A DNA stretch of 35,030 bases from assembly GCA_910592345.1 (NCBI GenBank), contig CAJVPI010000330.1:1-35030 (forward strand). Reading direction: 5' to 3'. The notes under the pieces are model-generated. The model did no database searches. It saw only the letters and a list, made by a program, of their open reading frames with translations, and had not been told where the DNA came from. This DNA is from Paraglomus brasilianum. Taxonomy: Eukaryota. Position numbers and translations under genes: made by a program. Shown here piece after piece: positions 1-10,120 of this stretch. Every line of letters starts with the position of its first letter. Positions within the stretch are counted from its first letter, which is position 1.

Positions 1-1168
1 CACTTGATCTTAATACTAATAAGGCTATCATGAAGCGACAAAGAACTGGAAAGCATCCTCAGTTAGAAGAGGCTGTTGCTCTTTGGATATCTCGAACTGT
101 TGAAGCATCGCAGAGGATCACAGGTGAAATAATACAAGGAAAAGCAAAAAAGCTCTTGACGTAAAAGATTTTTAATCCCTCTAGAGGATGATTAACAAAT
201 GTCAAAAAACGATATTATATAAAAGAGTACAAACGCCAAGGTGAAGCTGCCAGTGCTCCTCTTGACGAAATTCCCCAGTTTCAAGCTGAGCTACGTGAAA
301 TAATTGAGAACTATTAGCCTGAGAATGTTTATAATGCTGATGAGACAGGATTGTATTGGCGAATGGAGCCTGATAAATCATTGGCAAGTGGTCCGATTTC
401 TGGAAAAAAAAGTCTAAAGACCGACTTACGATCTTACTTGCATGCAACGCCACCGGCAATGACAAGCGTTAGTATACAAATATAAAAATCCTCGTCCACT
501 TTGCATCGATAAGTCTACTTTACCGGTGCACTATTATTGGAATAGCTCTGCTTGGATGCAAGCATCCATATTCAATCACTATATAAGACAACTCGATAAC
601 CAAATGAAACGTGCTGGCCGTTCAATTCTTCTCCTTTTAGACAACTTCACCACACATACTCTCGAAGAAGATTCGGAGACAGAGCCGATATCCTATGCAC
701 AAGCCATTACGTTTGTTGACGGCACCGTATCTTTTCTTGAACAACAACCAGATGGCAATTTTACTGTTGATAATTCTTTCGTCCGAGGTTTAAGCAAATT
801 GAAAAGAGAAATTGTTTTCAAGAGAATTGGATGTGTTTGTTCACAAACATTGATTAATCAATATGAGAATTAATAAATTGTGAAACCTTAAGATGTTACT
901 ACATAATTGAACGGCATGACACTTGCTACGTATAAAAACTTAGTATCAATACATTCATATAAATCGTTCAGCAGCATTAGATTCGTCAGTAGAAATAACG
1001 TTTGAATCGTTTATTATACTGCTATAAGATTTGCAGTCGCAATATAGTGAAGATTTATGCCACTTATGTATGAACTTTACTATATCGAAAATTGTCGATA
1101 TAGTGAAGTTTCGATGTAGTAAAGAAAAATCCCCGTCCCGTCGACTTGACTATATCGAGGTTTGACTT
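1..1168 (+). mobile_element. pogo/Tigger-type (CENP-B-like HTH + DDE_1) DNA transposon, decayed and internally deleted; 5' end lies outside the window
   Basis: Translation across frameshifts and stops gives KHPQLEEAVALW...YKRQGEAASAP...VYNADETGLYW...KDRLTILLACNATG...AWMQASIF...ILLLLDNFTTH, the canonical Tigger/CENP-B motifs. The acidic C-terminal tail ends at 873. Tigger-like subterminal repeats (tatatcga / atatagtgaag) and the end 'tatatcgaggtttgact' lie at about 1040-1168. Confidence 0.93.
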
Positions 1169-1489
1169 GACGATATCATGAATTTTCAATTGTTAATTCA
1201 TCCAGTGCAACCATGGACAAGGATACCCACATGTTCGTCGAGAACTTTAAATTATGTAGGAGCCTATCGGAGCATAAGTACATAATCTTATAAGTACATA
1301 ATCTTGTCCCTTCATCACCAAATAGATTCGTTCATTGAATGAATTGTCATAAGGATTATTAGATTATTACATAAAGGGAGTTTAAAACTTATTTACGGAG
1401 GAGCCATAGTATATAAATATATTATTGTAAAAATGAATAAATAAATATAATATCTTTATTGCTAATGTCTTGCATAAATCCCGTCATCT

Positions 1490-1497
1490 TATATATA
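1490..1497 (+). promoter_or_regulatory. TATA-like box upstream of paralogue 1
   Basis: TATATATA 68 bp before the ATG at 1558. TATA-like boxes occur at comparable positions before the other paralogues. Confidence 0.4.
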
Positions 1498-1557
1498 CGC
1501 ACAAATTCCTACTATCGAATCTCAAACCACGAACCGTTTTATCTCTTTTATACCAAT

Positions 1558-2103
1558 ATGGCTGGCCAATCGAATCACGAAAGCTATACATACAATATTC
1601 AATCCGATCAGTTGCATAGTATGGACTCTAACTGTACAAACGACCTTCCATCAAATCAAACAATCATGGATCAACCGATTATTATGGACTACAACGGCAT
1701 CCATTCCTATCATACGTCTCCCCAACCTCCCGGTCAAGATTCTTTTCCTTCCGATATCGGCCTTTTCGATAATAACGGCGTTTACATTGGTGGTGTGAAC
1801 GAATCGTTGAATACCGAAAATTACGGATATGTCGGAAACAATGAAAATGTGGTCAACTGTTCAACTATGAACTATAATCCACCTTCTGTTCATTATCAAA
1901 CATTAGTTCAAACACCACCCACCACTACTCCTTTCAACAACGCTGGCACGTTGGCAAACGCTGCGAGTCATGGATGCACAGTAATTATTGTGAAAGCAGA
2001 TATTAACCTGGAAAGGTTAATGTCTATAATTCGATTATTTGCGAGGGTAGAAAGATTGTATGGTTGTTCTTCGTTTTTTATATATCAGATTTTTTGGTAT
2101 TAG
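1558..2103 (+). CDS. Paralogue 1 of uncharacterised ~180-aa low-complexity protein family (181 aa; C-terminus extended by loss of the family stop)
   Basis: MAGQSNHESYTYNI...FPSDIGLFDNN...YGYVGNN...SHGCTVIIVKADINLERLMSII aligns with 7 other copies. The start was set at 1558 by homology to the MAG/MTG starts of the paralogues; the track's 1459 TTG start overlaps the TATA-like box. Confidence 0.85.
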   Translation: MAGQSNHESYTYNIQSDQLHSMDSNCTNDLPSNQTIMDQPIIMDYNGIHSYHTSPQPPGQDSFPSDIGLFDNNGVYIGGVNESLNTENYGYVGNNENVVNCSTMNYNPPSVHYQTLVQTPPTTTPFNNAGTLANAASHGCTVIIVKADINLERLMSIIRLFARVERLYGCSSFFIYQIFWY

Positions 2104-2289
2104 TAAATTCGAGTAATTTATATTTAGTTATATCGAACTGAGATAACCTATTGCTTCTTTCTATCTGTTTCCTTGGATGTACGATTCACTTATTCGTACC
2201 CTCCTGGGGGCAAATTGCTGGCCATTTTGACTATTTTCTGAATAAAGCAATATACAGTGTCTAGAAACTCCCTGGTAATCCGTCTAGGG

Positions 2290-2747
2290 CTATTGTCTAT
2301 GGATAAACTAGATGTCGTGATATTTAGACAATGTGTCTATTTCGAAAATAGACTGTTCCACTGAAATGTCAAAACAGCGCTCAGCCACTTACCTCGCGGT
2401 TTTCCAATCCAATCCAATACTAATACTAATACTAACGTCAATTGCCAACGGATTTTTATCACCACAGCCGTCATCCGCATGCATCTTTACAAATACATTT
2501 TGCCTGTCTACCAGATAGACACCAACTACGCTTTGACTTTTGTTGCTTCTCTTAATGTTATTCCTTGTAGAGGTAAGAAGATTATCATCATTGAACTATT
2601 ATATAGCCCGTCACAATAGCCTTTATTAACAACAATCGGGTTGCTATAATCTGGTAGAGAAGCTGGCAACATAAAGTATAGAAGAAAGATGTAAGCATTA
2701 AAGAGGACGAAAATGAAGAATAAAAGTCTTGTCGATACAATTCTCAA
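2290..2747 (-). pseudogene. Decayed coding-like fragment with N-terminal hydrophobic segment (type II membrane or secretory protein?)
   Basis: RLLFFIFVLFNAYIFLLYF is followed by protein-like sequence that continues past in-frame stops (LVYLVDRQNVFVKMHADDGCG...LDWKT). No ATG and no confident family assignment. Confidence 0.25.
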
Positions 2748-3199
2748 TGAGCGTTAGGAATACTTTGAGTTAGTGTTTAAACCGTTTTAACAGTAAATAT
2801 CAAGATGAAATAATCAAAATCCTGATTATTGTCGTATCTATCATGCGATTATTATTCTTCGACTATGATGAATGAAGTCCATCGACAAGAGCATCGAGTA
2901 ATTGAGTGAAAAATAGCGCAAGAAAAACAATTAGCGGTACGAAAAGGAAATATCGCCTATAACTTGACAACTCGAATGAAAGAAACCCAGAAGTATACTC
3001 TAATCTAGTATCTCATATCATATCAATAAATGTAAAGACTTCAGGTTGTTTTGGTTGCGCGATTTATATACCATACTGTATAATTGCGTAAAATTGATTT
3101 GGGGATCTATATACGTTTCGCTGACCAATTACAGCCAAAAGAAAATTTTCACATATTCCCTCGACATTCATAGTGTGTCGCCTTCAAAAGTTCAGCGTC

Positions 3200-4900
3200 T
3201 ATGCGCATGGTCCGCCGTCTCATTCAACATTGGTTAGGTTCAGTTCGCATACGAAAAAAGCAAGTGACAAGGGGGCAGAGAGAGCCCGTTGTGGAATCAC
3301 ACAATGCTTTGTCTTTCGTCCTTGCCGATCCGCGTGTGAAGAGAAAGGTTGGTTAGGTATAGAGTTTTAGAGAGGATTTGTCTGCTCGATTTCTGTTGCT
3401 ATATCTTCCATCTCTTTACGCTCTTTACATTCTTTATCATCTTCTACTTAACCATCCTTATATTTTGTCACCTATCCTCCACCGATGGCAGAAATACTAC
3501 AAAACACCCACTTCTAACATTGCTGTTTGTTCTACTATACCCTCGGTCGCATGTTTATAAAAATGCCATTCTGGGTTGGTGAGAATGGACATGGATATCA
3601 GTTGTTGAGTCACAAAGTGTTGGTAGACTAACGACTTGGAGATACTTCGCGTTAAGCACTGATGTATGTATCCGAGACTAACTTTGATTCTCCTATTCCT
3701 CATTCGATTAGTTCTCAACTAAATCTTCTTGCTACCATATCAGAATGCGCTGAGATGTATCAGAGATCATGTGAAGGTGATGAGAGTAAGAAGTACCGGA
3801 ACCATAGCCAAATCATGGTCTAGTCGCAATATAATTATGTGGAGTAATGTATTGTTCCTAGAAGTGAAAGCCCCTGGAATATGGCATCTGTCACCTATAT
3901 CCCATGCCCTCTTCACCGGCCCGTCGCCCGCTTTATGAAAATGATTTTCCAACAAATGCAGCTTCTAGCATAAGATGACGGTTGAAAATTTCAAAAGACA
4001 CTGATTCCTATTTGATGAATGCATGTAAAACACTTGCAAAAAGCATTGTTGAAAAGCATTAATAGCAGTGGAATTTAATGACAAAAGGCACGCTGGAAAA
4101 AGGTTAGCGTCTGCATCATTTTTAAATAGGAGGCTTGTTAACAAGCACAAATACAATACTGAAATCTTTTGATTAGAATCCGAATGTCGAATCATACCAT
4201 TTTGGACCGTTACGGGAACTATCATGAAACAACGCTGCCAATATTAGCACCTGACCCGTCAATGAAATCGCGAGCAAATTTCTATAGGAAGATTACTCGG
4301 CGAAGCAAGATGTTTGGTGACAAACTCCATCATCGGATGACCTACTCCATTTATATTGGTGAAAACTATCGAGAGAGCACGTTCTTCACTCCAAGACGCA
4401 AACTTCTTCATAAGCCGTCCAATCACCCCATCGTTGATAAACGTCAAGAACAAGGAGTATCAGATTAATCGGCCGACTAGTCAAACATAAGAATTCTGAT
4501 TCTTGCATATGACCAAACTTTTACCAGACTCATCAATTATATCAACCAAATCAATACACACTGGATCTCAATCTTACCAAGAGTTTTTTGCGCACCTTGA
4601 ATATATCTTTGTAGAATTATTCAATATCTAAGTTCAAGACACATGGTAAAGACATAATAGGCAAAACCAATGTAAACGTTTCCTTTATTAATGAGCAGTG
4701 CATTAGATCTTTGCGGGCAAGGAAGTAGACAGACGACAGGATTTCTAGAATGCAAATTATGCTTGTATTCGTTCTTGGACCACTACGATTGAAGCGTACT
4801 TTCATATAATGTCTATGTGCTTTCTTTTCTGCAACACCAAAGAGGTAAATGCGCTGACTGCCCCTTTTTCTATATGCTTATTATGTTAAGAAGAACCAAT
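3200..4900 (-). pseudogene. Decayed gene, possibly F-box (+LRR-like)
   Basis: Both duplicates keep the same protein-like minus-strand frames (LEIL..YFLARKDLMHCSLI / SFFSRKDLMH; KKFASWSEERALSIVFT..MMEFVTKHLASPSNL; LHIIILRLDHDLAMVPVLL) but with many stops and frameshifts. The F-box resemblance is by eye only. Confidence 0.3.
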
Positions 4901-6239
4901 GTTGACAATAGATGATCCGACAAGTGTCTTGCAACCAATTCACCATCAACAATCTCAGGAATGAGTACCGGTTACAAAGTATTGCTAGCATCCGGCATGG
5001 ATTCACAAGAAATGCTACCATGCCGTACCGCACAGGAAGTCTCAGTAGTATCAGTGCCTTTGCACATGTATTATATAATGTCATATACGTTTATTATAAG
5101 AGCAATTCCTCATATATTCTCCATTCTGCTTAAATAATATCTTAATCTGATGTCGCAAAAATCGAACTTGTAGCACCGATAGAAGACAAACATTACTATT
5201 CTTAATACGAAAATCATTATTGCTAATAAAGTTACTCTGAAAATATCTTCAAGGTCTTAGTATATTTTGCGTTCATCAAAAGTACACTTTATTTCAGTTA
5301 CGTCTTTATTCTTTATTCTCTGACTACAAGGTCTCCCCTTTATGCAAAACAAAATTGTAAAATGTTGCAATCTATCAACAATAAATAGACGATATTATAT
5401 TAATGGGGTAAGACCGCTAAAATATACTAAAATTCCAATAAGAGAATATATTACGAAAATCAGGAGACTACAGGGAATAGATGTGATATAAACTATTTAT
5501 AGAAAATAATGCTAATTACATTCTCTAAAAATATAACACCGTATTTTCAGGCTTTCAAATAAAAGATCGGAAATGATGTGTGATAAATTTCTTGTGCCAT
5601 TGTCAAAATTGACCGATTATAATATTCTGTACATATTATGTGCCCACCTCATGTAAAACAAAACCGGTTCGATAACTAGTGGTCGGTCCTTACATGCCGT
5701 ATAGTACCATACAGACAAATTGTCCGTATATTTAATAGAAACTGAAAAAACGTGACGTTTATCTTTTATATCTGGGGGCATTACAGTGTGTTGCAGCGTA
5801 GTGATGATAAAGAACTCCCCATAGTCAAGATATTGCCCTGCATGCCCTAATCGAGAAATATCAAGTGACTAACGTAAACCAATACAATTCAGCAATTGCC
5901 AGCCGCAATAGAGTAACCGTGATAAAATAGTAAGGAAACCGATTTCATTACTATAGTCACAATCGTTTTATCGAGCATCAACCAATTAAATCAAGATTCG
6001 ATATTTTTATATTTTCTTTAACTCGCTTGTGGCAGATGAATAGCCGTTATTAGCAGAACCCCCTGCGGCAGCCATAGAGTATGTTTAGCAATAAAGCGAG
6101 TTGCTCTTAATGTTTTCAAAGAAAAAGCTAACCTAACTTGACTCAAGCGGAAATCGCCAAGCCGTATGTGGTAAGAAAACACAGTCTCTAACATTCTTAT
6201 AAAGTTATCATAATTGTTGCTTCTAAATGAAAGTTTAAC

Positions 6240-6425
6240 TTCAGCCTTAGAGTACACAAACCAAAGTTTGCCAAGTCATGCCTAGTAGAGAAAGCAAAAG
6301 CTTTGCCATCTGACAAATCTCGAGCATGTTAATGCATCAGATGGAGTTTTAAAAGTATTACAATCTCCGGAATACAATCGGAGTGGTGAAGCTAACGCTC
6401 CGGTTGACAATCTTCCCTAATTTGA
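6240..6425 (+). mobile_element. pogo/Tigger transposase relic (HTH region)
   Basis: LVEKAKA...NASDG...EYNRSGEANAPVDNLP matches the KAK...S.GW...YKRQGEAASAPLDEIP segment of the element at 1-873. Confidence 0.6.
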
Positions 6426-6917
6426 CTTACAACATCTTGTTTTTCTTTTTTGCCATTGGCTGACTATCTGAGGAGACTCAGCCCAATGATAGTGATTATA
6501 TTACTATATTTATTTATTTATTGTATGATTACACAGTTAATATCGACAGTTAATAACCATAACCGTTATGGCAACTATCTACTTTCATGTAAATAGGAAA
6601 GATCTGTGTCGCCCATCTCATAATCTTTTTTTGCTACTTCCTTGAATGTAAATCCCGTTCAGGGTCCCCAAAACCGCATCTACATAGTGGCGGTATTTAA
6701 ACACAACACATTCAATAGTGTAAGACTATTTCCAAATTACATGCACATGCTAAAGCTAGTTTAAACATTATCTACATAGGGTGAATAGAACATGATCACT
6801 GTCTAATCCTTTATCTGATCAAATCGGCGGTCCGCCATTCATGATGGGTTACACGATAATATATATTTGTATTATGTAGTGCCTGGTTACATAAATAATC
6901 GTGTTACGCACATATTC

Positions 6918-6924
6918 TATAAAA
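6918..6924 (+). promoter_or_regulatory. TATA box upstream of paralogue 2
   Basis: TATAAAA 71 bp before ATG 6989. The duplicate has TATAAATA at 24142 despite divergent surrounding sequence. Confidence 0.5.
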
Positions 6925-6988
6925 TACCGACACCCCTCTGCACTGGCTAAAAAATTCATCTGTCCATTTCTTATCGTTATATTACGAC

Positions 6989-7537
6989 ATGACTGGCTTT
7001 AATAACCAATCAATTCACGAAAATTATACATACAATATCCCATCCAATCAGATGTATAGAATGGACCCTAACTATTACTATACAAATAGTCTTCCGTTAA
7101 ATCAAACAATTATTATGGACTCGGGTTACGCGAACATGGATCAACCAATTCGTATGGACTACAATGACATTCATCCCTATCAAGATCTCAGTAAAGCATT
7201 GCACCAACCTCCCGGTCAAGTCTTTTTTCCTTCTGGTCCCGGCCATTTCGACAATAACGACGTCTACGCGGGTAGAAATGAACTGATAAATCCCACACCT
7301 TACGGATACGTTGAAAACAATGATTTAACCTATTACAATTCACTCCCGGTTTATCATCCACCCCCTCAACCATTAGCTCAAACACCATCTACATCGACTC
7401 CTTCCAACAACGCTGGCATGATGACAAACTCCAAGAGCCACGTACACGTAGTAATTATTACGAATGCTGATATTGATCTGGAACAATTATTGTCAGTCAT
7501 TCAATCATGTAAGAGGGTGGAACAAATATACATGTAA
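6989..7537 (+). CDS. Paralogue 2 (182 aa)
   Basis: Intact ATG-to-TAA ORF with all family motifs; duplicate partner of 24202-24744. Confidence 0.9.
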   Translation: MTGFNNQSIHENYTYNIPSNQMYRMDPNYYYTNSLPLNQTIIMDSGYANMDQPIRMDYNDIHPYQDLSKALHQPPGQVFFPSGPGHFDNNDVYAGRNELINPTPYGYVENNDLTYYNSLPVYHPPPQPLAQTPSTSTPSNNAGMMTNSKSHVHVVIITNADIDLEQLLSVIQSCKRVEQIYM

Positions 7538-8833
7538 TTCGTTGGTTCGACCTTATTATTTTGTATCGGATTTTGTCATTAGTAAATTTTGGGGAATTTT
7601 TCATCACTTGTTTTATACCTTTTCACATGTTATTGTTTACTTCAGGCACACTTTGATGTAGTAATTAATTTATTCATACCCTTCTGAGCGCGGATAGTTT
7701 CGTAAGTTAGTCATTTCCCTTTATCAGTATTGACTATTGTCTGAATGAAGACGATATACGGTAAAATTTCTCGCTATTCTAAAATTTCTTTTTTAGCACT
7801 AGCTTTTTTCAATTCGGGAATAGATCTTAGAGAGTGTTTTTGTTTACTAACTGCTCGCGTCAAAATAACTGACATTTATTATAAATAAACTTGTTTCAAA
7901 AATCTTTGTTATAAAGTTATCTTCGTTAAACCGGCGTGTATAGAGATTTGTTGCAAATTATATATTTTTAGTCATGCTTAGACTTTGCACACCAATATCA
8001 AATTTATTGTATCCGTAAATACAGTATTAGTATGTCCTAATACCTACCATTGAACAATTTTTTTATAATGCCAGACTGTATAACTTTTGAACAATCAACT
8101 GCGCGAATTCCAACTTGGTAGTACAAAAAAGTCCAACGAGATTAGACCAATAAAAAAGTTTGGGGTAGTAACACTAATGCAAGAGAACAGCACCACATGA
8201 CTGAGTAACAAACCCCATTTCATTAGATAAGAGTCGTCTTTCAAAAAAAGTTCCCCGCCCGTGCAAGCCTTTCCAGATACATATAATGTTCGCAATTGCT
8301 ACTAAAAAAAGATATAACGTAAGAAATCGAAAATGCAGGACTGTTGAAATTGCGCAGATATAATATCGGTACGTCAATGATTGATAAAGTTACCTTACAA
8401 GAAAGGATCTTTGAGCAGAGTGGGAAGGGAAAAGGTTACACAAGGTGCAGTATGATAATGACTATTTGATCGCCGGCTAGATTAGATGCCAATATTCTGT
8501 TATATTAATATAGTCCAGCTAAAACGGTTACATGAACGGATTTTGAAAAATTTTTTATGATAAGTAGCATAAGAGAAACAGAAACGATGATAAAGCAAGT
8601 AAAAATTTATATGATCTGAATGATTTCATCTGTTGACTATTTGCTTGAACGAATAACACATGATTTATATAAACTTGGTTACAGAAATAAAAATTCACTT
8701 TAACAAAGAGTGCACGATAATGTGGTATTGTAAGAATTGTGTGCCTATCACTCTTATTAGTATTATCTGTTTCGTGGAAATACATGTTGGTTCATAACTG
8801 ATATTTATTACAGTCCACTTCCCATACAGAGTA

Positions 8834-8857
8834 CAGTGAACCCTCCATAAAAGCACA
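8834..8857. mobile_element. Solo pogo-type TIR fragment
   Basis: TA|CAGTGAACCCTCCATAAAAGCACA resembles the TIR TA|CAGTCTACCCTCCATATGCACA at 14852. Confidence 0.45.
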
Positions 8858-10055
8858 TTCTCCACATTCTGCTTTGCATGATCTTTTCCAAGTCCCATCA
8901 TAGTAAACCTACTGATATTTTATAATATCAATATTACGTTGAGAAATTTAAATTGTGCTATTGTAAACAAAGATCAAATAAAGAAATTACTGTCAAATTC
9001 TGATTTGCAATCTTCATTTATTGTCGATATCGACTTTGAGAATAAAGACTGATCGAATCTTCCGTCTCGTTGTTAATGGATATGTCATGCATAAATCCCG
9101 TCATCGTAAGGCAGATCAAGTTTTTTGAACATTTGCTAATATCATATGAAACCAATCAGATTCCTTCCCTCCATCCCCAAGGGGCATGCATTTGACGAAG
9201 GATTAGAAGACCTGCATGTTGCAGCAACCTAGGGATTGCTCTGGGAAGTTAAAAGTTGACCAGCGTAAAAAATACCATTGGGTGATTCACTGTGTGTTTT
9301 GTCCTCATTCTATTAATACTGAAACTTAATCTTTTGTTTCCGTATGAGATAATTTTCACGGGCAAACGTCAATGATTCTTCAGCGACACTATTCATGTGA
9401 AGCTGACGAGGATAAGAGTACCAAAATTCCATAATCTCAATCATGCAATATAGAGCCCATATGTTGTCCCGGAAGATGGTGCGAGGCTACTCATAATTAA
9501 CGAAGACATCTGCACCACAAGAGGACGGTTTAAAAAATCAGAAAGACACCGATTCTATATTTGATATATCTTTGCAAATCACGTAAACATACCTGCGAGA
9601 AAGCATGGTGCTCACAAGTGTTGTTGAAAAGCGTTATCTGTAGGCATCGAAAGATTAGCAGTGCGCGTCATCTGATTATACAGATCAATTGGCGAAACAA
9701 GAAGTTTGGTAACTATCGCGAGGAACTTTTATTCACAACGGAAATTTGGTAACCAATCCATCATTGGTGAAAAACTCATTTCACGTGACACATTGTTTAT
9801 CGCACTTTCATTGGTTTTCGATGAAATGAATCAGTTAAATGTCTATTGACAGCATGCACTGTGTAATTTTCGACCGACTTAATCTTTTCGTAAGTATCAA
9901 TATTATAAGTATAGCAGCTTATTTGCTTGCAATAAGGACGTTTGCATTTGCAGCTATAAGTTATTTTATGAGCATAAGTTGAATCAGTATATGATCTGGT
10001 CAAAAACAAAGCTTGTTTCACGTAGTGTATTTGTGTGATCAACTTATCGTACACT

Positions 10056-10120
10056 GTACACAAAACGTACACAAAACGTACACACAACGTAACGCACACA
10101 CAACGTATACACACACAAAC
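10056..10120. repeat. Degenerate ~11-bp minisatellite (GTACACAAAAC)n
   Basis: gtacacaaaac gtacacaaaac gtacacacaac gtaacgcacacacaac gtatacacacacaaac. Confidence 0.8.

Noticed and set aside
1459..1557. Longer ORF-track N-termini for paralogues (1459, 15978, 18624, 30781)
   Set aside because: They are mostly non-ATG starts, span the TATA-like box or 5'UTR, and are not conserved in frame between copies.
7188..7388. Antisense and alternative-frame ORFs over family genes (7188-7388, 18714-19127, 18757-19083, 24304-24595, 30708-30917)
   Set aside because: Shadow ORFs; their similarity to each other is explained by paralogy on the coding strand.
6989..7537. Family as secreted effectors or KEX2-processed repeat peptide/RiPP precursors
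   Set aside because: No hydrophobic signal peptide, no dibasic cleavage sites and no tailoring enzymes in the window.
9130..9560. Coding-like minus-strand stretch
   Set aside because: Multiple stops and no motif I can assign.
10056..10120. CRISPR array or telomeric repeat
   Set aside because: Short degenerate tandem units without unique spacers; eukaryotic context; no TTAGGG-type repeat.
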